DNA of 64,000 nt, from positions 110,361 through 174,360 of the forward strand of contig JADJOV010000025.1 of NCBI GenBank assembly GCA_016713585.1, given 5' to 3'. Under the pieces are notes generated by a model. The model was given only the letters and a program-made list of their open reading frames with translations. It made no database searches and had not been told where the DNA came from. Made by a program: the position numbers and the translations under genes. Below are positions 29,882 through 41,141 of this stretch, in pieces. Source of the stretch: Bdellovibrionales bacterium. Its GTDB lineage: Bacteria; Bdellovibrionota; Bdellovibrionia; Bdellovibrionales; Bdellovibrionaceae. The stretch's first letter is position 1, and every line of letters starts with the position of its first letter.

Positions 29882-32267
29882 GCGCTTCTTGATGAAGCGC
29901 TTTCTTTTCAGACGTTTTTTTGTTAGCCGCTCTTCTTGGGTAATCCCTGTTTCCCTGCTTCTGCTGATTATGGGAAGTTTATATCTAATCCGAAAGTTTG
30001 AGCTTTTGTCGCCCCTGAGGTCAGTGACGTTTTCCCAAGAGGTTCTCGCATCAAAAGGAGAACTTCTTAGAGTCACACTCACGGCAGATGAGAAGTACCG
30101 AATTTTTCAGCCTCTTTCAGAAATTCCCATACAAATGCAAGAGGCCGTTTTGCTCCTTGAAGATCAGTGGTTTTATCATCACCCAGGGGTCAACCCGGTC
30201 AGTCTGTTTAGAGCGGCTCTCAGCCTGGGAAGCGAACGCCCAATCGGAGCCTCGACCATCACTATGCAACTTGTAAGACTCAAGGAAAATCTTTATACAA
30301 GAAGTTTCATAGGAAAGGCAAAGCAAGTTTTCTGGTCCTTTCTCTACGAGCTTCTATATTCAAAAAAACAAATTCTTGAAGCCTACTTGAATCTAGTGCC
30401 CTACGGATCAAACATTGAGGGCGTTGGTGCTGCAAGTCTTGTTTATTTCAAAAAAAATCCAAAGACCCTCGCCCTGGCCGAGGTACTGACTTTAGCCGTC
30501 ATTCCCCAAAATCCAATCAAACGAAGTCTTAACAAACCTGATTTAACAAAAACCACCTTGGCAAAAAGCCTACTGGCGAAACGATGGTTGGTGCTGCATC
30601 CCGAAGACCAGCAGGTTTCTATTGAGCTTAATCTTCCAATCCTAGCGAAAAGCACCAAAAGTTTGCCCTTTGAGGCCCCTCATTTTGTAAATCAAGTTCT
30701 CAGAAAAACTCCTGCAGTTCATAAGATCCATACGACACTAGATTTTCGAACTCAAAAAAGATTTGAGTCTGTTTTGAAGAAATACGTAGGCACAAAGTCT
30801 AGTTATGGTGTCTCGAATGCCGCCGCTCTCTTAGTGGAGAACCAGACAGGTCTAACCAAAGCGTGGATCGGTTCAGGGGATTTTTTTTCCAAAGAGATTG
30901 AAGGTCAAAATGATGCCATTACAGCGAGACGATCCCCAGGGTCACTCTTAAAGCCTTTTCTCTATGGTCTTGCGATTGATGAAGGTTTATTGCATCCACA
31001 AAGCCTCCTCAAGGATACACCGAGCTACTTTGGCTCCTATGATCCAGAGAACTTTGATCGAAATCACAAGGGCCCGCTCTCGGCCACTGAAGCCCTGATT
31101 CAGAGTCGCAATGTGCCAGCTGTTTGGGTAGCCTCCCAACTAAAACGGAAATCGCTCTATAACCTGTTGCGAGAGGCGCAGGTCGAGCTTTTGCAAAATG
31201 AACGATACTATGGATTGGCGATCGCCCTCGGAATCGCCGAAATGACAATGGAGGATCTTGCTCGTTTGTATACAATGCTAGCACGCCAAGGACGCTTGCT
31301 CCCAGACCCTGCACCGACGCAGGTTCTGTCACCGGAAGCTGCTTATTTGGTTCTTCAAATGCTCACAGAAAATCCACGTGCTGAAAATCTTTTATTGGAT
31401 CAGACGCTTAAAAATCAGCTATCTATTGCTTGGAAGACCGGAACCTCCCATGGCTACCGAGATGCGTGGACAGTCGGCATCGTCGGTCCATATACGTTGG
31501 TCGTTTGGCTGGGCAATTTCGACAACACATCAAATCCGAAGCTGATCGGTCGTGAAATTGCGGCACCTTTGTTTTTTAAGCTCTTAGATTCCTTACCACA
31601 GACTGAGCTTGCGCAGCCCACCGCGTGGTCAAACAGCTTCGGCTTGAATCTTAAGAAGGTTCAAGTTTGTTCAATATCTGGCAGTATTCCGAATGAGTTC
31701 TGCCCACACCGCAAACCTGTGGATTTTATTCCGGGTGTTTCTCCAATTAGTGAATGTGACTTGCACCGGCAAGTTGTAATTTCAAAAAAGACCGGGCTAA
31801 GACCTTGTCATTCCGAATCCACCACCCACACTTTCGACAAAACAGATCGTTCGAATGGAGGGGTAACGACGGACGTCTATGAATTTTGGTCCTCTGACAT
31901 TGTTGAGTTCTTTTCGAAGGTCGGCCTACAGCGGAAGCTCCCTCCGGCATTTGAAGAGGGTTGTTCAGCTGTTGAAATTCAAAATGAAAATCGCGGTAAA
32001 TCGCCTCTGATAGTTTCGCCAAAAACAGAAACTGATTATGTCATTTCGTACCAACGAAGTGGCTTCCAGGACCGCTTTCCACTCAAGGCCATTGCTGATG
32101 CGAGCGTACGTCAGTTGACGTGGTTTATTAATCAAAGAATAGTCGGACAGTCCGCCCCAGAGGAAACCTTGATGACACATCTGGGACCAGGAAATTTCGA
32201 GGTCATGGTTGTTGATGATCAAGGCCGCTCGGCTCAGCGAGAAATGAGAGTGAAGGTTGTTGAATAG
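29871..32267 (+). CDS. pbpC: penicillin-binding protein 1C (transglycosylase/transpeptidase-like)
   Basis: Glycosyltransferase-51 motifs are present (LLLEDQWFYHHPGVNP, GASTITMQLVRL), plus transpeptidase-like SPGSLLKP and KTGTS and a C-terminal PbpC-type domain. The start is probably the ATG at 29892 (MKRFLF). Confidence 0.85.
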   Translation: MLRERFLMKRFLFRRFFVSRSSWVIPVSLLLLIMGSLYLIRKFELLSPLRSVTFSQEVLASKGELLRVTLTADEKYRIFQPLSEIPIQMQEAVLLLEDQWFYHHPGVNPVSLFRAALSLGSERPIGASTITMQLVRLKENLYTRSFIGKAKQVFWSFLYELLYSKKQILEAYLNLVPYGSNIEGVGAASLVYFKKNPKTLALAEVLTLAVIPQNPIKRSLNKPDLTKTTLAKSLLAKRWLVLHPEDQQVSIELNLPILAKSTKSLPFEAPHFVNQVLRKTPAVHKIHTTLDFRTQKRFESVLKKYVGTKSSYGVSNAAALLVENQTGLTKAWIGSGDFFSKEIEGQNDAITARRSPGSLLKPFLYGLAIDEGLLHPQSLLKDTPSYFGSYDPENFDRNHKGPLSATEALIQSRNVPAVWVASQLKRKSLYNLLREAQVELLQNERYYGLAIALGIAEMTMEDLARLYTMLARQGRLLPDPAPTQVLSPEAAYLVLQMLTENPRAENLLLDQTLKNQLSIAWKTGTSHGYRDAWTVGIVGPYTLVVWLGNFDNTSNPKLIGREIAAPLFFKLLDSLPQTELAQPTAWSNSFGLNLKKVQVCSISGSIPNEFCPHRKPVDFIPGVSPISECDLHRQVVISKKTGLRPCHSESTTHTFDKTDRSNGGVTTDVYEFWSSDIVEFFSKVGLQRKLPPAFEEGCSAVEIQNENRGKSPLIVSPKTETDYVISYQRSGFQDRFPLKAIADASVRQLTWFINQRIVGQSAPEETLMTHLGPGNFEVMVVDDQGRSAQREMRVKVVE

Positions 32268-32319
32268 AAAGAACTTTGAGTGAGAAACAATTGAACGAAA
32301 GAAACAAAATGGGAGTTCT

Positions 32320-33015
32320 GTGGAATTTTTTGATGCTGTCGCTCGACGAAGAAGTGTTCGTGATTACACCGATGAAGTAGTACCAGACGACGTTATCCAA
32401 AAGGCCTTTGATGCGGCCATCCTTGCGCCAAATTCATCAAACACACAAACGTGGAATTTTTATTGGGTGAAGTCGCCAGGCCCGAAGAAGAAACTTGTTG
32501 AGGCCTGCCTCTCGCAATCTGCCGCGCGAAAGGCCAATCATTTGATTGTGGTCGCTGCTGATCCGAACCTTTGGCGACGTTCGCAAGGCCCTCTCATCCA
32601 ATGGGTTCAGTCGGTCAATGCTCCTAAGCAGGTGCAATTATATTATTCAAAATTAATTCCGTTTATCTACCGCTGGGGTATTTTTAACTCAATGGCGCCA
32701 ATCAAATGGCTTGCTACCACAGTGATTGGCCTGTTTCGACCAATGGCCCGCGGTCCCTATACTCGCAGAGATGCCCAAGAAGTTGCCATAAAGAGCGCGG
32801 CCTTGGCCGCCGAAAACTTTGTTTTAGCAATCGCCGCCCAGGGCTATGATACCTGTATGATGGAAGGTTTTGATTCGTCGCGAGTCCGTCGCTTACTGAA
32901 GATGAAATGTTCGGAACGGGCGGTGATGGTAATCAGCGTTGGACGCCAGGGCGAAAGAGCCACCTGGGGACCACAGTTTCGCCTTCCAAAAGACCAAGTG
33001 GTAAAGATCGTGTGA
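32320..33015 (+). CDS. nitroreductase-family protein
   Basis: The N-terminus ARRRSVRDYTDEVVPDD...ILAPNSSNTQTWNF is typical of the NAD(P)H nitroreductase fold. Confidence 0.75.
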   Translation: MEFFDAVARRRSVRDYTDEVVPDDVIQKAFDAAILAPNSSNTQTWNFYWVKSPGPKKKLVEACLSQSAARKANHLIVVAADPNLWRRSQGPLIQWVQSVNAPKQVQLYYSKLIPFIYRWGIFNSMAPIKWLATTVIGLFRPMARGPYTRRDAQEVAIKSAALAAENFVLAIAAQGYDTCMMEGFDSSRVRRLLKMKCSERAVMVISVGRQGERATWGPQFRLPKDQVVKIV

Positions 33016-33053
33016 TGGGCACGCTTGCGCGTTGATTGGTATCTTCTTTCGAT

Positions 33054-35200
<2,147 letters not shown>

Positions 35201-35362
35201 TTAGGCCTTCTTTAGACCTTCGAGGTTTTTGCTCGATAGAGGCAATTTAGTTTATCAGGTAAACTTTTCCAAAAGGAATCCTAAAAGTGTGCTATAAGCA
35301 TATTTCTCGAGCATATGTCCTGATCTTCAGTTAAGGTCGGCCATTAATTTTGAAAGGTTCCC

Positions 35363-37171
35363 ATGACAAACACCAAGAAAACAGAAGCGTCCTTTAGTGA
35401 CTTTAACCTGAGCCCAGAGATTATGAAGGCGTTGGCCGATCTCAAGTTTGAAGTCCCAACCCCTATTCAACTCATGACTATTCCAAAACTAATGGCCGAA
35501 GGCTCTAAGGATCTGATTGGACTCGCCAGCACCGGGACCGGTAAGACCGCGGCCTTTGCGATTCCCGCTCTTGAGCGTATTGATGGGGATGATAAAAGTA
35601 TTCAAGTCCTCGTGATGAGCCCAACCCGAGAATTGGCCCAGCAAGTGGGACGAGAGTTTGAACTTCTCGCCAAGTACACCAACAAACGGGTTGTCGTGAT
35701 CAACGGTGGGGCTAGTTACATTAAGCAAAAAAGTGAACTCCGCAGAGGTGTGCAAATTTGTGTTGCGACACCAGGGCGCTTGATCGATCTGATTGATCAA
35801 GGAATTCTAGTGCTCTCAAAAGTCCATACAGTCGTGCTTGATGAAGCAGACGAAATGATTTCAATGGGATTTCGTGAACACATAGAAAAAATTCTAGAAC
35901 AAATTCCCTCTAAACAAACATGGTTGTTTTCAGCCACAATGGATCAACAAATTCGCCGAGTGGCTCAGAAATATTTAACAACTCCACATATGGTTCAGCT
36001 CAATACCGATCAGGGGCTTTCACCACTCATCGAGAGTTTTTACTTTTTGGTCAAAAATGAAAATAAGGTCACGGCTTTGCAGCGCTTGTTGCTTAAGAAT
36101 CCTGATTTCTACGGGCTTATCTTCTGTCAAACAAAGGCTGAAGTGGCTGACGTTGAAGGCGAACTTCGAGCCCGTGGTCTGGCTATCGAATCCTTGCATG
36201 GCGATAAAAAACAGAGCGAGCGTGAAGTTGTTTTGAGAAAGCTCAAAGAGCGACAAATCAGTGCAGTTGTGGCAACAGATGTTGCGGCTCGCGGTTTAGA
36301 CGTTAAAGACCTGACCCACGTGGTAAATTACAATCTCCCTTGGGAAGCAGAGTCTTTTGTGCATCGATCAGGACGAACTGGTCGAAATGGCCAAAAGGGA
36401 ACGACCTGGAGTTTTATTTCTCCTTCTCAGCAACAGCAATTGCGGAATTTTCAGAAACAGTTGGGCTTTCAATGGACTAAGGGGACCATTCCTTCACTCA
36501 CGGAGTCTTTGTCCGAGCGAATTCAGTCGAATGTTCAAAATTTCGTCACTCAAGCTCAAGAAGAATCGGTGCAGTATAAGCTGGATAAGTTTTTTGAACG
36601 AGTTCAGGCCTCTCCAATGATGGAAACCTTACTGGCTCTTGAGCCTAAGCAGTTGATTCGTGCTTTCTTCTTGCAGGCTTTCCCAGAAATTCTCGAGCGT
36701 GACTATGCTGTAGAATATGAACCGCGTCCTCAAACTGATAGATTCTCTTCACGCCCTTCTGAGGGTGGCAGAGGCGGCCGTGGTGGTGACTATGGTCGAT
36801 CTCGTCGTGATGGCCCTGCTCGCGAATATGGGCCGCGCCGTGATGGACCTTCCCGAGAGTATGGTCCGCGTCGCGAAGGTTCAGCTCCTCGTGCAGAGGG
36901 TGGGTATCGTCGAGACAGTGGTGCAGCCCCTCGTGCCACACCACCTCGTGGCGAAGCTCCTCGTTTCGAGGGTGGTGGATCCCGCCGAGACAGTTCTCGC
37001 TTTGAAGAGGCTCCTTCTACCCCGCGAGATAGCGAACGACGAAGTCGACCAATTCCGACGGCTTCTGCTGGCACAGAGGGACGAAGACGTCTGACGCCAT
37101 CAAGTAAGCAAAGCTTTACTAGATCTACTACGGCGCCCCGCGCCAAAGAAGAAAATAGAAAGAGGTTTTAG
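35363..37171 (+). CDS. DEAD-box ATP-dependent RNA helicase with an Arg/Gly-rich C-terminal tail
   Basis: Motifs: Q motif (F..F.L...PTPIQ), ASTGTGKT, DEAD, SAT, HRSGRTGR. The C-terminal ~150 aa is an RGG/RDGP-rich low-complexity tail. Confidence 0.9.
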   Translation: MTNTKKTEASFSDFNLSPEIMKALADLKFEVPTPIQLMTIPKLMAEGSKDLIGLASTGTGKTAAFAIPALERIDGDDKSIQVLVMSPTRELAQQVGREFELLAKYTNKRVVVINGGASYIKQKSELRRGVQICVATPGRLIDLIDQGILVLSKVHTVVLDEADEMISMGFREHIEKILEQIPSKQTWLFSATMDQQIRRVAQKYLTTPHMVQLNTDQGLSPLIESFYFLVKNENKVTALQRLLLKNPDFYGLIFCQTKAEVADVEGELRARGLAIESLHGDKKQSEREVVLRKLKERQISAVVATDVAARGLDVKDLTHVVNYNLPWEAESFVHRSGRTGRNGQKGTTWSFISPSQQQQLRNFQKQLGFQWTKGTIPSLTESLSERIQSNVQNFVTQAQEESVQYKLDKFFERVQASPMMETLLALEPKQLIRAFFLQAFPEILERDYAVEYEPRPQTDRFSSRPSEGGRGGRGGDYGRSRRDGPAREYGPRRDGPSREYGPRREGSAPRAEGGYRRDSGAAPRATPPRGEAPRFEGGGSRRDSSRFEEAPSTPRDSERRSRPIPTASAGTEGRRRLTPSSKQSFTRSTTAPRAKEENRKRF

Positions 37172-37201
37172 TTTTCACCAATCTGCGGTTACGATAATTC
37201 G

Positions 37202-37684
37202 GTGAAGAGCCGACGCCGCACCGCAAACATAGTCAGTCTTTATCTTCAGTCCATGTTGATGGTGGTGGCCTTGTTTGCTGTTATTGCGCTGATCGGTGGG
37301 TTTCAATCCTCAAATTTCAAATCTCAGATTGCCCTTCTCTTGGGCGCAGAAACGCCGACGACCGATAAGTCTCTTTGGAAATGGTGCCCCCGAAGTGACT
37401 GAGATTCAGCATTGCCCTCTCAAACGGTTGTTAAGGATGCAGATTCACTGAAAGCTCTATGTAAGGTTTCTATCCGCCCCTCTTCAAGCGAAGAAATCAA
37501 AAAATCCACATTTGTGCCGCTCTTGCGGGCCGAAAGTCCAGGCGCTACACTCATTGTGGAAGCCGGAATCTCCCAGGGTATTTCACAGAGCGACCTCTTT
37601 CGAATCAGTGGTTTGGCATTCCACTCAAAGCACCTCAGAGTCCAGCTGGACAAAATCTTTGCCATTCAGTCAAAATCAAATTAG
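37202..37684 (+). CDS. hypothetical membrane-anchored protein interrupted by an in-frame TGA
   Basis: ORFs 37202-37402 and 37412-37684 are in the same frame, separated only by the TGA at 37400-37402. The N-terminal piece has one TM helix. No family recognised. Confidence 0.3.
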
Positions 37685-37752
37685 AAGAACGGCAAGAATT
37701 CTTGACAAGAAATTCGAGACTTAATAGTTTGTTCATCTTGAACTGACTTTAT

Positions 37753-37828
37753 TCAGAAGTAGCTCAGTTGGTAGAGCAAGCGGCTGTTAACCGCTGGGTC
37801 GCTGGTTCGAGTCCCTCCTTCTGAGCCA
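37753..37828 (+). tRNA. tRNA-Asn (anticodon GTT)
   Basis: Hand-folded cloverleaf: acceptor TCAGAAG/CTTCTGA, D arm GCTC-AGTTGGTA-GAGC, anticodon arm AGCGG-CTGTTAA-CCGCT, T loop TTCGAGT, encoded CCA. The T stem (GCTGG/CCCTC) has two mismatches. Confidence 0.8.
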
Positions 37829-37833
37829 TTTTT

Positions 37834-37860
37834 AAACCTGCGAGAGCAGGTTTTTCTGTT
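37834..37860 (+). terminator. rho-independent terminator after tRNA-Asn
   Basis: AAACCTGC-GAGA-GCAGGTTT followed by TTTCTGTTT. Confidence 0.7.
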
Positions 37861-38075
37861 TCTAGGATTCACAAGAATAATTAACAACTTACTCAAGAGG
37901 AGCTTCTTAAGCTCTGACTTCGAATATCATTCAATAACATCGAAAATAACGCAATTTGAAGACTTTTGTAATACTCAGGCATTACGGTGCTTATTGAGCA
38001 TTACAAATTTATTTTTGGATTTTCTGGAACCTTTTCCAGCCTGACCTGTAACCCTATCTGAGCTATGTACTTGGG

Positions 38076-38651
38076 GTGACCAGAGTGGATGATAATTTTT
38101 TAGTTCAGCAAACCTTGAATGGGAATAAGAATGCATTTCGATTCTTAGTCTTGCGCTATCAGAAGCCGATTTTCAAAATCCTTGGAGCGTTGATTTATGA
38201 TAAGCAGATGGTTGAGGAAATTGCCCAAGAGGCCTTTCTTCGTGCCTATAAATCGCTTTCATCCTTCGATCCAAATCTTGGTGCCAGTTTTTCAACTTGG
38301 CTGTTTACCATAGCTAGAAACCTAGCGTTCAATGAACTTGATAAGAGAAAAATCAGAAAAGCCAATGACGAAAAGATTTTTGGTAGCGAAGAACTCAGCA
38401 CGGACGGTCCTGATAAGGATTTAGAGTCTACACAAACCAATACAGTTGTGCGCAAGGCAGTCGGTCAATTACCGAAAGAGTTTCGTATGGCCGTCGTTTT
38501 GTCATGTCTTGAAGGTCATTCTATTTCTGAAATCGCACAAATCGAAGGTTGTTCAGAGGGAACAGTAAAATCGAGAATTTTTCGCGGCAAACAAATGTTA
38601 AGAGGATTTTTAATCCCAATTCTTGGAGATGGTTATGGCAAAAATCTGTGA
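38076..38651 (+). CDS. ECF-type RNA polymerase sigma-70 factor
   Basis: Region 2 (FRFLVLRYQKPIF..., EIAQEAFLRAY) and region 4 (ISEIAQIEGCSEGTVKSRIFRGKQML) are present. The start may be the GTG at 38076 or at 38085. Confidence 0.85.
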   Translation: MTRVDDNFLVQQTLNGNKNAFRFLVLRYQKPIFKILGALIYDKQMVEEIAQEAFLRAYKSLSSFDPNLGASFSTWLFTIARNLAFNELDKRKIRKANDEKIFGSEELSTDGPDKDLESTQTNTVVRKAVGQLPKEFRMAVVLSCLEGHSISEIAQIEGCSEGTVKSRIFRGKQMLRGFLIPILGDGYGKNL

Positions 38652-39003
38652 AGAAACTCAAAGCTTGATAGCAGTCGGTGCAGAATTGTCGTCTCAGGGC
38701 GCGGAACACGCTAAGTCCTGTGGAAAATGCAGCTTATTGTTGAGCGAATATCAATCGCTCGCGCTTTTGGTTTCTGACTCAATGGATTTTGAAGTGCCAT
38801 CGGGATTTGCCGATGCCGTGATGAACAAGATTGAGATGGAAGAAAAGTCACTGCAAAACGATTGGCTCCAGAAGTGTGTTAGCACCTTTGAACGATTAAT
38901 GGCCATTCCACAGACTCAGTATTTAGCATTGGGACTTGGTGGAGCAGTTTCTTTATTAAATTTAGCAAAATTTGTATTTTTCGTTCTTATTCCAGTCCAG
39001 TAG
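38635..39003 (+). CDS. putative zinc-binding (ZAS-type) anti-sigma factor
   Basis: It overlaps the sigma gene stop and has the H-x3-C-x2-C motif (HAKSCGKC) and a C-terminal TM helix. The ATG at 38635 (MAKICEE) is preferred. Confidence 0.6.
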   Translation: MAKICEETQSLIAVGAELSSQGAEHAKSCGKCSLLLSEYQSLALLVSDSMDFEVPSGFADAVMNKIEMEEKSLQNDWLQKCVSTFERLMAIPQTQYLALGLGGAVSLLNLAKFVFFVLIPVQ

Positions 39004-39053
39004 GAACCAATTCTTCTCTGACCTGTAGGACTGATTAAGAAATGAGGTGAGTT

Positions 39054-39956
39054 ATGAGTCAAAGTAAAAGAGATTCCAAAAAAGCCCTGTTGTTTTCACT
39101 GGTCATGCCAGGGCTTGGCCAAGTTTATAACGGTGAAGTTTCAAAAGGGATTTCACTATTTTTGATATTTGCGTTTTCAATCCCTGGCTTTTCATGGCTA
39201 GCATTGAACGGACCAAATTTTAGTTTATGGATCTTAGTTCTCTTGGGTGTTTTGTTTGCCCTGGGAGTATATGTATTGAGTTGCACTGATGCGTTTAAAC
39301 GCGCCAAAGCTATCGGCGAAGGTTATCAACTTGGTCCGTACAACAAATCCTACGTCTATTTGTCGATGCTGTTTTTTGGTTACTTTTTCGTATTGAGTCA
39401 GCTTGTCACTTACACAAAGACTAATTTGGTCGAACTTTACCACGTTCCATCGACAAGCATGAGACCTGGTCTTGAGAAGGGCGATTTTTTCTTTGTGGAT
39501 AAAGATGTGAATGCACCAGGGTGTAAAAGAAAAATTAAGAGAGGCGATATTGCAACATTCGTCTATCCAAATGACCGTACTACGATCTATGTGAAAAGGA
39601 TCATTGGACTGCCTGGCGATAAGATCGAGATGAGTGGTACAGATGTAAAAATTAATGGTCAGTCGATCACTCAGGGCGATTCTTCGACTTCTAAAGACCA
39701 TTTAGTTGTAAGAGAAAAGGCAGAGTCCGGTGAAACTTATGAGGTATATTGGAAACCTGCTTCCCAGGGATCACAGTTATCTTTGACTGTACCTGATGGC
39801 CAAGTATTCGTCCTTGGTGATAATCGCGATGATGCATATGACTCTCGTAAGTTTGGCACTCTGCCACTAACAGATATCAATGGTATTGCTAAGCAAGTTT
39901 GGTTTTCTTTAGCTGATGCAGGACTTCGCATCGGTAAGTGGGTGGATGCCAATTAG
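39054..39956 (+). CDS. lepB: signal peptidase I with an N-terminal membrane extension
   Basis: The catalytic Ser motif is VPSTSMRPGL. Also present are VKRIIGLPGD and the C-terminal GDNRDDAYDSR box. The N-terminus carries a PGLGQVYNGE..KG membrane motif. Confidence 0.8.
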   Translation: MSQSKRDSKKALLFSLVMPGLGQVYNGEVSKGISLFLIFAFSIPGFSWLALNGPNFSLWILVLLGVLFALGVYVLSCTDAFKRAKAIGEGYQLGPYNKSYVYLSMLFFGYFFVLSQLVTYTKTNLVELYHVPSTSMRPGLEKGDFFFVDKDVNAPGCKRKIKRGDIATFVYPNDRTTIYVKRIIGLPGDKIEMSGTDVKINGQSITQGDSSTSKDHLVVREKAESGETYEVYWKPASQGSQLSLTVPDGQVFVLGDNRDDAYDSRKFGTLPLTDINGIAKQVWFSLADAGLRIGKWVDAN

Positions 39957-40531
39957 GCATTCACCGTTTAATGACAGATATCTTTAAACATTTTCTTGTA
40001 CTCAGCTTCAGTACCTAAACCAACTTCAATGCGCCTTTTATCCAAATTTGCTGGATCTTCAGTCTCATGCGGCTCCCATTCTCCAGGGCCAACGCATATA
40101 GTTCATGCTTCCTCTTTGGACGGAATTATCCGTTCCTGTTTTTATTAATTTTAATTCTTATTACCGCTGCCGTGCGGGTGGAAGCCCGACACGGCCATAT
40201 ATTTCAAATAGAAAATTAAGATTGATTTGTTATTTCAGTTTTTAAAAACAACCCACTCCAGCTTATTAAAAAAGCCGAAGATCCTTCACTTAAGATAAAT
40301 TCCGCCGCCGTCGGAGCTAAATGGATTTCCCGCTTATCCATCAACGGTCTATGAAGGTTTGCTCCTTGCGAGAGCTTGCACTAGATCGTGCTAAAATTCC
40401 ATAGACGCCTGTGGTGCCTTGTTTTCGGGACTAATACACGTTCGGTCATTTTTACAGAGTCAGCGAACTCTGTACGTCCATTGTACAGTAAGCTGCCGTG
40501 CATTTTCAGAATTTGAGATTGATTAAAATAG

Positions 40532-41026
40532 TCAGGATTTAAATTTTTTCCGCTGCATAGAAACCTTCCAGCCTCGTCTTTCTAGTTCGTCAACGAGTTG
40601 CGCCTCAGTGCAAGTGGAAAGTTCATGCACGGCTTGTTGTGTAAAATTGCCGATCAGCATTTGTGATTCAAATTTGCGTTGACGGTTTCGGTCGAAACTT
40701 CCACCTGTATTTCTGCTTAAAATCGATTCCTCACCCAGGGCCACTTTACAAACATTTATTGGGTTGAATTCCAACCATTCAAATTGTCTTGAGTTTTGTA
40801 GGCGGCCAATTCCCATTGCGTGTAAACTTCTGAAAAACTCCTTCAAGTGAACAGCGTTGAATTTGGCATCCCCATTTTGAGAGGCATATTTCAACACCGA
40901 ATATACATCGCTCGATCGTGAAACAACGGACCTGGAGTGAGCGAAATAATTTAAAATTTCCTTAAAGGATGGTGTTTTAGTTAGAGCCTGTAACTTCTTC
41001 AGCAAGTCTAAGTCTTTGTTTTTCAT
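40532..41026 (-). CDS. hypothetical protein (island-borne, divergent from xis-int)
   Basis: 164-aa ORF with no recognisable domain, in an AT-rich context. Confidence 0.45.
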   Translation of the reverse strand: MKNKDLDLLKKLQALTKTPSFKEILNYFAHSRSVVSRSSDVYSVLKYASQNGDAKFNAVHLKEFFRSLHAMGIGRLQNSRQFEWLEFNPINVCKVALGEESILSRNTGGSFDRNRQRKFESQMLIGNFTQQAVHELSTCTEAQLVDELERRGWKVSMQRKKFKS

Positions 41027-41141
41027 TCATATTTTGTAACACTAACGTGGCAATACGTACAGAGCATTGTAATACTACATATTAGTATGTATTATTACAA
41101 CAAGGCGCATTAAGACGCTGAAATCATAATGAAAAGGAGAA

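Noticed and set aside
36645-37146. Long ORFs 36645-36944 (-), 36717-37094 (+) and 36790-37146 (-).
   Set aside because: They are alternative frames of the GC-rich, repetitive RGG tail of the DEAD-box helicase and give low-complexity translations.
37400-37402. Selenocysteine recoding of the in-frame TGA.
   Set aside because: No convincing SECIS-like hairpin was seen immediately downstream, and there are no sel genes in the window. A base error or nonsense mutation is more likely given the assembly quality.
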